Made by a program: the position numbers and the translations under genes. This document shows, piece by piece, positions 51,481 to 61,958 of a DNA stretch of 64,000 bases (within the stretch, counting starts at the first letter, position 1; each line of letters starts with the position of its first letter). The stretch is taken from positions 29,450,001 to 29,514,000 of the forward strand of contig NC_087248.1 of NCBI RefSeq assembly GCF_037042905.1, written 5' to 3'. The notes beneath the pieces are model-generated. The model saw only the letters and a program-made list of their open reading frames with translations, searched no databases and was not told where the DNA came from. The DNA is from Lytechinus pictus. Its lineage: Eukaryota.

Positions 51481-54400
51481 TACAAGACACACATACAGGT
51501 GACAGAGCAGATAACAGCAGAAAAAAAAAGAACAAGAAAAAAAAAAGGGAAACATACAGGGGATATGAAAATAAACACGAAAAGATATAAAGAAAGATAA
51601 TAGAGCAGGACTTCAACAGCGGATTGCTCATATGCCGTTCAAAATTTAAGTTATGGAATCTATATTCCATGATGTATGGTGAAGCTCCTCGCATAAGATG
51701 TCACAAATTCTATCATTGAAAAGGTCATAACTTTCTTACTCTTTGATAGATTTTTCAATTAAATTTCACCAATGTTCTCAAATTTTGCTGCTTTTATTGA
51801 AATCAACTTATCATATCAGGGTGAACCCCCCTTCAAACTCAAGAGGCAGAAGAAACACTTTTTATTAATTTCAAGGATCATTTTGGTAGATATTTTTGCA
51901 TTATCAGCAAATATTTCTCAAGCTTCAATTTCATTAGAGATTTGGTGTCAGCGGTGATGTTGTCATTTTACATACAGACAGAAACATGTGCAGCAAACTT
52001 AGGGTGTTAAAGAAATAAATATGATTACAATTTTTTTAAAGAAATCTGAAAAGATGAAAAAAAGAATAAGGAAAAATGATTACATAGCTGGAAGAAAGAC
52101 CTTTTCATTTGTCTATTATTGTCTTTTTCCTATATTAATCCGGATATTCTTTTGTAATCTAAATTACATTGATAAGTTAACAGTTCACACTGGTTTAGGG
52201 TATAAGATATGCACAGAAAATGTCTTAAAATACCACACCATTTGAACAACTGAAACAAATATCAATTTAGGGGTATTTAAGATTTTTTTACAATGTGATT
52301 TTGATTACAATGTATCTACTTTTCACTTTGAAAGAAATTTATATTTGAGAATTGTATTTTTATCTGAAAAAATGGGGTATGGAATACAATACTCATGTCT
52401 TTTTTAGGTTTGGGACATGAATAATTAATAATAATTATAATTATGTTTTTCTATTCTTTCTTTCTTATACTCTCTATTATTTATCCCTTGACTCCCCCCC
52501 CCCCCTCCTCCATCTTTTGGTCGTTTTCCAATTTCATTTTATCTTACTATTATTCTTTTTCTACTTCATCATTTTCTGGTTACTTGATGCCTTTCGATAT
52601 ATTTTGTGTAAAACATTCAATGTAATAAATATGTATTCCGTTTCCACATTTGTTCGCCCAAAGTAATAACTTATATTTTCTCCCAATGGGAGCCTAATTT
52701 TCTACAAGCTCTGCTTTTTATTTAGGCTCCTCACTTTTTTTTACATTTTGTAGTGTACCTTATGTTTAAATACTTATGTTAGATATTTAATTTGATCTTT
52801 GATACACTATGTTTACGAATACATTTGTTATGTATATTATGCTATTTGTTTTAAAAGTGGAATCAATAAATGAATAAATGAATGAATAAAATACTTAATT
52901 GTTCAGTATATTCAGAAGAAATTAAACACTCGCCCCTTAATGGTAGGTTGAGGATTCAAACTTACACATCATTGAAAAGTCGGTTCTCAATTAGAAACAA
53001 AATCTTTACAGTTTGCAGGGCTCGACATTAGCAGTGGCCCGGGGCAACCAAAAATGAGAGTCGGGCCACAAATATTCTGCAAAAGCCCACACTTGGTGGC
53101 CCGGTTGGGCTACCAAAGTTTTGATAAAGTGTAATGTTTTCTGTTGTTTAGGACCACCATATTTGTTTGTCACAAATTTCTTTTTTAGTAATATTAGATT
53201 GTCCCATTTGTTATATAAGTTATTGACAAGGTTTCATGTCCTTCCTTTCTTTTATAAGGTTTCATCATTTTCAGTATTAGCTTTGTGTCTTGTCTTGCAA
53301 TCACCTTTAAAATAGAAAACCAGGCTCTCTGAAACCTTATAGTAAATAAAGAAAAATATATTTTTTGTAATCTCAGACGTTAATTAAAAGTTCAATTAGA
53401 CAAACTTATAAGGCATAGTATTAATTTATATCTCAAACTGAAAAACAAGGCTGTATATTATAAACCAGGCTTCAACGTGATCGGGATATATCTGCTCATT
53501 TTGGAATTTCACAATATATTGATTTTCTTCTCATTGATTTCCTTTGAAAGTGATAGAAGCTTTTGGCCGTGAATGTAACCTAGTTTAATCATTGTCCTAT
53601 ACACCCAATCTGAGCATATATGCCTTTATATGGTAAAAATAAAAATGTATAAAGCAATATGTGAAGAAGAGAAGTTGCATTGAGAATGAAACGACCTTGT
53701 TTACATCATATATGTAACGTTGAGATGCAGGTCGCGGTGGGTTTGCAATCATGAAAATCTTCACATTTTGGGAGATTCCGGAAAGACGACGAGGTTTCTT
53801 TTAAAAATAATGATGCAGGGAGCGGAGGAGCTGATTGCAGTCATTGGGCGCCCTCGCTCGATGTCAGCGTCCTTGATATTAACGTTAATCAGGTCACGGA
53901 GGAGTATATCAAGACACGGTCTGCCCAGACACGGCCTAGATTGATGGAATATTTTGAGAGAGAGACGGAAAGGGAGAAGGAAGGCAGATAAGACCTTGTA
54001 ATCAAAGAAACGACTAATTTTTGCTGCAAGAGTTTTTTTTTCTGGGACAATTGAATTCATGCTGCTTTCGGAGTCATGTAACTAATTTAACCTTCAGATG
54101 GGGGGGGGGGGGGGGGGTGGGGGGGGGGTTTCTCTTGGACTTGGGTACAGCTATTTTGCTACCATACAATATGAATGCTCTTTTGAAATAAACCAGGCAT
54201 TTTTGCATTTCTGTCATCATTCATTCCATTAGGGAAACGGTTCATATAATGCCTATTTGAGGGGTGTTTCCTATTTTGCCTTTTGTTACGATGTTACTCA
54301 GAAATCTGTATTGGATTAAATATTTTTCAGATAGGGCCTATATTCATGATATCAGTAAAATACATTAAGCATTTTTTTTTTCATCTGGAATTTGTATCAC

Positions 54401-55119
54401 TTCAAAGAATTATTTTTTTAATATATAGAATTAAAATATAGGAAGGTAAAATCATCATCGATTTTCTTTATTGATGTAATAATTCAAGAGTATGCAGTTG
54501 TGAATAATACCCAGTACACAAAATAACCAAGTAGGCCTATATTTCTTGAGAATTATGCTCTGCTCGTTGGGGCAAAACAACTTCACCTTAAATTACATAA
54601 TTTCCATGGTATAAACAATATGCAGTTATATGTTTGTCAAGATATTTCATTTCTATAAAACAAACAAAATTGAAGCTGGTTTGTTATTTTTTCTTCATTT
54701 TTAGTAAAACAAAAGAATGAAATCTATGTAGAGTGTATAGTAAAACGCAGCAAGGAAACAGTATGTCTATAGGATAAAAAGGACCTTTGTGAATATATAT
54801 GCACTTTTTATATATCTTTTACACATTTTAAAAACATTTCTCTCATTGTATAGCAATCCATTTCCTAATGCGTATTTGATTACTTGGAAGACAACTATAT
54901 CCTCTGACTCTTATTGATACATTAATAAGAAACCTAAAGGCCACCTTGTGATTTGCAGTTTCTTTTCAACAGAAATGGCATTCAAAGTTTCTTCAGAATT
55001 ATGATGATGTCAAAGAATGTAATGGTTGTACCTTTTTTTTTACAGCTAACTATAGGAGTTTGCTAATGTTAGTAAATGACATCATGCTGTAACCTCTCTT
55101 TCAACTTAATATGGAGAAG

Positions 55120-55650
55120 TTTGTCACAAATTGGCCTTGGGAGTAACAGAGAAAGAGAGGGAGAGGGAGAGAGAGAAAACAAAGCTGAAACTGACAATAG
55201 CTGTCATTACTCATATGAAAGCACTAAGCTCCGCCTCCTGTATACTTTCTAGACCAATCAGAGGAGAGTTCATATATCCTATAGCCCTGTCAAGGCCAGC
55301 CTTGAAACATCACTCAGCTGTGACCATAGCCACACACAAGAGCCAGACGCTAATCCTGCTCTGTGATTGGCCGCTTGCCATGAGATAGTCAACAAACCCA
55401 CATAGCACACAGGGCAATGGCATCAGAGGGCACTGAGCCAGCCAGGTCGTCTAATGCATGCTCAAGGTTTTTCGGCAGACTGTGTGTGTCTGTGTGTGTT
55501 ATAGTGTTATGACTTGTGCAGAAAGCTTTCAAAGGCCACGCCTCCTCCACCTCTCTCTCTCTCTCTCTCTCTCTTGCAGGCAGCTAGCTTTACGCATTGA
55601 ACTATCTATATACTAGCTTGACATTTACGGAGTTTATTATTAGTGTGAAA
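55120..55650 (+). promoter_or_regulatory. Putative promoter of the LXXLL ORF / NR0B locus
   Basis: CCAAT at 55254 and ATTGG at 55366; GC/KLF-type boxes at ~55229 and ~55535; NR5A sites TGGCCTTGG (55132) and TCAAGGCCA (55290); TAATCC at 55351; TATATA at 55607 with an Inr-like TTAGT at 55640. Confidence 0.6.
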
Positions 55651-55953
55651 GACACAGTGCTTCGAACAGACCGTACTGGTGTTCTCTCGCAGAATATGAG
55701 TAAAAGTTGAATCAGGAGTGAATGGCCATAACATTCATCACGTGGATAGTATTGCTTACAGATCGAATTTGCACTACCGGCCTGCTTACTGACTGATCTT
55801 GATATTATAAATTCAGGATTCTTTATTTTCTGCAGGAGAATTTTCTTATCACAATATTTAGTGAGTTTTCAAGGAAGTAAACATTGCATCGGTTGCTTCA
55901 GATTCAGTGTTTGTGGAATATCTTCACTCCGTTAGACAAACTGACCGCTTTGG

Positions 55954-56436
55954 ATGTTGTATGCAAGCGTTGCCCCGACCAGTTGCGATAGAATGCACCA
56001 CATGTCTCAGACGCAGATCGAGAGCAGCAACCAGCCACTCAACCTTAGCCACCCCTCCAAGCTCAAAGCCAAGCTGTCGGCCCGTCACCACCACGCCATG
56101 ACCGCCGCGGCCCGTTCCCGCTCCCCATCCAGCTCGCCCCCATCTTCCATCTCCTCCACGACCCCATCATCCATCACCAAACCCAAAGCCAGGATGGGAT
56201 CGCATCACCACCACCATCACCATCATCACCACCATCACCACGACGATAAGGAACGCTCCTGCAATTGTCCACAGCTAGACTCGAAGAACACTATCCTCTA
56301 CCGACTCCTGACAGAAGGGTACAGCTATTGGACTCCTGTTTGTTGTATTGGTGGAAAGTGCCACGATGGACACATCCTAGGACAGAGCAAGTTAAAAATT
56401 CTCCTGGAGGAGAGCAAGAGACAAGCAGTGCAATAA
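55954..56436 (+). CDS. NR0B (DAX1/SHP) N-terminus-like ORF: PLNLS, poly-His and two LXXLL boxes; self-contained 160 aa (147 aa from ATG 55993)
   Basis: GC3-rich codons unlike the flanks; SCNCPQLDSKNTILYRLLT resembles SHP CPCQG..PAILYALL and DAX1 GSILYSLL; SKLKILLEE resembles SHP LKKILLEE (from memory); in-frame TGA at 55942 upstream, TAA at 56434, strong donor AG|GTAAGA at 56501/56502. Confidence 0.75.
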   Translation: MLYASVAPTSCDRMHHMSQTQIESSNQPLNLSHPSKLKAKLSARHHHAMTAAARSRSPSSSPPSSISSTTPSSITKPKARMGSHHHHHHHHHHHHHDDKERSCNCPQLDSKNTILYRLLTEGYSYWTPVCCIGGKCHDGHILGQSKLKILLEESKRQAVQ

Positions 56437-56904
56437 GGGCTGCTCCTAGCGAGAATCCATGGGCTAGCGGCAATAAGTGATTTAGGACTATTTATTGTTA
56501 GGTAAGAAAGAAGAACATTTCACTTTTTCCTCACAGAAATGCACTTGTTGTTACAGGCCTTTTAATGATATTAGGAAGGCCACTTTTTTCACACAAACTG
56601 AAGTAGGAATTCATTTAAAACATACTTCTGCAATTTTTTCTGTTCAAAGTGTTAAAAAAGGGCCTATTTGAGATGACTTCACCGACATGACCCATCTTCA
56701 TCAAATGTGGCATCTATGAATCTATCAACTATGAAGCCTTTTTGTAAAACAGTAGATGAATTCCTGCTTTCATCATTTTTTCCAATCACTCTACTGAAAC
56801 CATAAGTACAGTTTTTATGAATGGTTAAAAACGTGTATCATGACATGAATATAGTGAGTGTTTTCTGGACAGACAAAAACATCCAGTGCACATTGATTCT
56901 ACAA

Positions 56905-57110
56905 ACACTACAGATTAAGATAATTATCCCTAATCCAGGGCAGATTACACTAATCCCAATCACATTTATTTTCCTCTAATCACATTCGATTCATTAGCTT
57001 TCCCTAATCCATGGATTTACCTAATGGTTTATTTCATATGGTCTACTATGACAATCATGTGTCATAATCACTAATCCAAAGACTTAGACATTATACATTA
57101 GAGATTAAAG
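56905..57110. promoter_or_regulatory. Cluster of K50-homeodomain (Otx/Pitx/Gsc) sites, candidate intronic enhancer
   Basis: TAATCC at 56931, 56951, 57005 and 57072; AGATTA at 56912, 56942 and 57102; TAATCA at 56977 and 57065. Confidence 0.55.
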
Positions 57111-59214
57111 GAATTGCTGAGGCTTCTCCCTTTGTAATACAAGCTACAATTACACTTTCTATAGTTGTATATATAACAGGATCATGTAATTAGTGAGATT
57201 TGTTAATACATAGATATTAGATACTACATTGTTTCATTGGTGACTATTTTGGTCTTTCCCCCATCTTTCCGTCTTATAAATTGCATTTTATTTGCATTAT
57301 ATTGCAAGATAAACAGTTTTCTTTCTGTTTATTTAAAATGAGAATTTGTTTCATTAACCCTATCTATTACTTTAAACATTTAAGATGATTACCATGTAAA
57401 TAGGAAAAAATTCAACTGAATGAATGCTGTAATGACTAATGGAAACAAAAATCATGTGTCAAAATAGGCCAAAATCTTTATTGATTCATTAAATATGTAG
57501 GAGTTGCCCATCATGCCCACAATTATGGATAACTGAATAAACTGGATAAGTTCAACCCTTGACAAAAATAATATGAAGCATTGGTTAAATTCACATGTGA
57601 AATTCCATTCATACATCATGGTCAATCAACTTGCATTTTGCTATGGAAATGAAACATATATGTCTCATTTGAAATCTGATTTCCCGTCAAGCATCCAAGG
57701 GCTAAAGAGTAGTGTCTTTGCCTGAGGATTTTCAATGTTTTTCCCTTACTAATGTGTATATTTTGCACGGACTCTGGATTATAAAAAAAAAGTGATTTGG
57801 CAGGGCAATGGATGAGGTAATGTCTGCATCACACATAGAACTAAATTTCACTTTCAAGCATACTTTTATTGATTTTTTTTTCAAAGCAAATGTTGAAATT
57901 GTTAATTTTGGTGAGGCTATATAATTCCTGTTAGGTGGGCCTTATTATACTGTTTAGTTAAGCTACGACTCTTGAGTACAAGCTAGCACTTTCTTATGTT
58001 ACATGTACATGTAGGTCTACATATCCCAACTTTGGTAAGCTATAACGTTTCAGTTCGTTAAGAACGGCAAGAGGATTAGACTAGAACTCTCTGCACTCTC
58101 TGAAATGTTTCAACCAACCTATCAGTTGGTTAAAATGTTGCTCGACCAATTGCTGGTTAAAAACAAAATTGCCTGCAGAAAGAATCCTTATATTACCCAA
58201 TAGTTGGCTGGTTCATATTGTAATCAACTTTTGGGATATTAACCATTATTTGCCTAGGGTTGGTTAGAAAATATGCTGAATGAAGCTTGCCCTATCAGAG
58301 GTACACTGCCCCCCCCCCCCTCTTATTTTGTTACTGCTGCTGCTGGGCTTGACCAAGGAAATGACCATATGGTACACTGGTCAATTGACCAATGTACTGT
58401 ATGACCTTTTGTCTCCTCTCTCTCTCTCTCTCTCTCTCTCATTTGCACTCCTCTAGCTCTTTGCTTTATCTTTTCATGTCTGTCCCTCTTTATGTCATTT
58501 TCTCCCTCCCTTTTCTCTCCCCTCATCTTTTCTTTTTCTCTTTATCTTTGTTTCTCTCTTATATATTTATTATCTTTCTCCCTAAACTTTCTACTCTCTC
58601 TTTCTATTTAGTGTTTTACAAGCAAAGGGATGTATAGGTTTTCTTCCAAAGGCCATTTACTTCCTCGCAAATCAACGGGTCAAGGCCGTCGCTTTTAGTT
58701 ATACAGAGCGTTGGAATGCCAATATTCATTTTCAATTAACCAAGGATTAATGGGGGCAGTAGGAGTTGTCATAAAATAACAATAAATATTCATATTTGGA
58801 CAAGCATCTTCTCTTTCTCTTTCCCTCGCAACACACAATATTGCTAAGTCAAATTAAAGTTTGTGATTATTCATTTCCAACAGAAAGACAAAATAATATC
58901 AAGCTAGTCTTTCAGACTCATTTGTATATCCCCTATTTTAAAGGCTTTGTTAGCATTTTATATTGCTCTAAAATTATATGAAATTTTCTTGTCTAAAAAA
59001 TGTACATGTTCACGATAGTACAGCTTTGCTTTTGTGAAATTTGTATTATTCATATACATATATATTATATATACAAAAATATTTATTTAATCATGAAAAG
59101 AGTGTGTATAGAGTTGGTTATGTCAACTGTGTTTATTAATGACTGATTGATTCAGATTACCAAGGCATTGTTTCAATTACATGCATTAAGAATAATAACA
59201 TGTATACATAGCCC

Positions 59215-59602
59215 GGGTAAACTGCCAACTCATCCGCTCACCACATGGTCTACTTTCATTTAGTCTAATGCCATTCAGTCTATCAACATTTCGTCTAACA
59301 ACTGTTTGGTCTTTTAACCATTTGGTCCAATCATCACTTCGTCTAATCACCATTTCGTCCATAACCAGTTGGTCTAATATCCATTTGATTTTCATTCATT
59401 TTGCACAATTTAACGCTCGGTCCAATTAGACCAAATATAATATGGACTAAGTGGCTATTGGACCAACTGGTTATCAGACGGAACGGCATTAGACTAAATG
59501 AAAGTAGACCATGTGGTGAGTGGACGAACTGATGATAGACCAAATGATAGTAGACGAGTTGGCAATTGGACGAATTGGCATTAGACGAATTGGAAATAAA
59601 CC
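59215..59602 (+). mobile_element. GG-terminated MITE, copy 2
   Basis: TSD CATAGCCC at 59207-59214 and 59603-59610; same body as 50196. Confidence 0.85.
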
Positions 59603-60008
59603 CATAGCCCCTTCCCGCCTCATGACCATCATGGCTGGCTCAGATGCAAGAATATCTAATGAGTTCAATAATCAATAGATTATACAGAGAGGAGATTACA
59701 AGCGGATGTAACTCAAGTTATATCAATCCCCACCTTGTGTAGAGAAACCTTGTGCTGCGCTTATCGCAAGGTCGTAGCGCGATTACATCAAGACCAGTTC
59801 TGTTTTGAAATCGTTGAATGGAAAACAAGTCTTTATTGATTACGCGGAGGCGATGAGTTTTCTGGAAATGTTTTCATGATGTCAAGCTCTGGCCAGGTGG
59901 CACAGGTGTTGTTCTCAGGATATCACAGTGACGTTCTCATGTTCTTATTTACATCTGATCAATGTTGTCATTATATATAGTAAACCCTTAATTTCATGTT
60001 ATTTACCC

Positions 60009-60385
60009 TTAAAGATAAATACCAGTTTTGGTAACAATCTCAAAATGAGTTCGAACAGAATCCAATAAAATTACCACCCAAGTGTTTGTATGTATGAATA
60101 GAAAATATGTGCTAAGTGGCTCTGGGAGAAAATGTGTAATTGCTGAGAAATGAGCAAAATAAGCACCGAATTCCATCAAATGTTGGGTATTTTATCCGAG
60201 CAATATTAATACACTGTCCCACTCCCACATATGCTTTCCTGTGTTAGTGATCATCAGAATTATCGCTTTTTAACTAAAATTTCATGACTTCACAAAGATA
60301 AGGATATTTCAATGTACCAGACCTTGATTTTAAAGACTTTTTCATGAAATAATTGTTTGCTGCAACTACTGTCTTTTACATTTAA
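60009..60385 (+). mobile_element. Kolobok-like MITE family B, diverged copy 3
   Basis: TTAA-AGATAAATACCAGTT...TTTAA; colinear with 4417-4811. Confidence 0.7.
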
Positions 60386-61090
60386 AGCTTTAGACAATAC
60401 AAACATTACAATGTAAAACAGTTTTTTGGTCTGTAAATTCTGTTTTACATGGTGTACAGACTTTTTTCACATAATTCTTTTCAAGCATTGTCTGTCATCA
60501 TGAAAAAAAAAGAATATTGCTAAGCTGGTTAAAGCGTAGCAGCTGTGAGAGCGGGAGAACCTTGAATCAAGGCTACTTGTATTCAAGAGGAAAGAGCAAA
60601 TCATAACTATATTTAGTTTAGCCTTCCTTCCTGTTCACCTTGAGTTAAAATCAATGAATACAAGCAAGCATCGATATCTGCAAAACATTTCATTTGATTA
60701 ACTTCTGTTGACTGAAAAAAATAACTGTTGACTGAAACAACATCATGAAAAAAAAGTATTGTATTTACTTTATTTTAAATTTGTACATGAAGTTGAACTG
60801 GGAAAGATGGAATTCAGAACTTTCTCTGAACTGAATTTATTATCAAATAATGTGAAAATACATTGATACAAGGTAAAGTGTCATATACTTCATTGGTATA
60901 AGGACTCCACAGAAAATTATAGCAAGTACTGCTAGTGGGACATGGAACCCTATCCTACAACATAATTAATAGCATGAAATAACGTTTAAAAGTAAGTTAA
61001 CATGTTTATTGTTTGAAGTTTATTATCTATCAACATGATGATACAATCTACATTGTAAAGATGATTAGTAAACTAACCAATTTATGGAGA

Positions 61091-61212
61091 CAGTGTCACA
61101 GTGGCGGGCCGTGACCCAGAGGAGACAAAGCATTGGAGGGGCACTGTATTGTTTGTGAACAATGATGTGCCCCTCCAATGCTTTGTCTCCTCCGGGTCAC
61201 GGTCCGTCACTG
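61091..61212. mobile_element. Near-perfect palindromic hAT-like mini-element
   Basis: CAGTGGCGGGCCGTGACCC...GGGTCACGGTCCGTCACTG; 8-bp TSD TATGGAGA at 61083-61090 and 61213-61220. Confidence 0.85.
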
Positions 61213-61577
61213 TATGGAGATAACAAAATTATTCAAAACATAAATGTGGATAAAAATGATATGCAGATCAGAGGTGCAGCTTTTTTAATTTAGCCCTTAA
61301 TACATGATACAAACATTAAAAGAATACTCAAAGTAAAAATACACCATAAAGATATTGAGCGAATACATTTGATGGGGAAATAAAAGATAAACTAAAAAAA
61401 AAATGATTATATCTTGTAAATTCTTGTTAAAATAGAAGTCACAGGTACACTATTCTCTTTCAGGTGATCCTATTATGTCCATTTTAACATCTCGAACAAA
61501 ATGAATTTTAGAAGAGTAAAGATGATATAATAAATCAAAATTATGCCCCAAACCAATCATTATCAGGCCACAATATC

Positions 61578-61958
61578 GGTAAATTGCCAATTTGTCTACT
61601 GCCAACTCATCCGCTCACCACATGGTCTACTTTCATTTAGTCGAAAGCCATTCCGTCCATCACCATTTCGTCTAACAACCATTTGGTCCAATCATCACTT
61701 TGTCTAATCACCATTTCGTCTATGACCATTTGGTCTCATAACCAGTTTGTCTATCTCCATTTTAAAATTCGTTCATTTTGCACAATTAGTCCAAATTGAC
61801 CAAATGGTAAATGGTCTAAATAGCTATTGGACCAACTGGTTATTAGACGGGAAGGCATTAGACTAAATGAAAGTAGACTATGTGATGAGTGGACGAACTG
61901 ATGGTAGACCAAATGATATAGTAGACGAGCTGGCAATTGGACGAATTGGAAATCGACC
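61578..61958 (+). mobile_element. GG-terminated MITE, copy 3
   Basis: GGTAAATTGCCAAT...AATTGGAAATCGACC; same body as 50196; TSD not preserved. Confidence 0.8.

Noticed and set aside
241-55388. The many 60-172 aa ORFs in the track
   Set aside because: Low complexity, derived from MITEs or microsatellites, no recognisable domain or coding-like codon bias.
56350-56356. In-frame phase-1 donor (TTG|GTGGAA) inside the ORF
   Set aside because: Poor match to the donor consensus; it would remove the second NR box and give an incomplete LBD.
56434-56501. Stop-codon readthrough joining the LXXLL ORF to the LBD exon
   Set aside because: Readthrough gives phase 2 at the donor while the acceptor needs phase 1, and the central LBD would still be missing.
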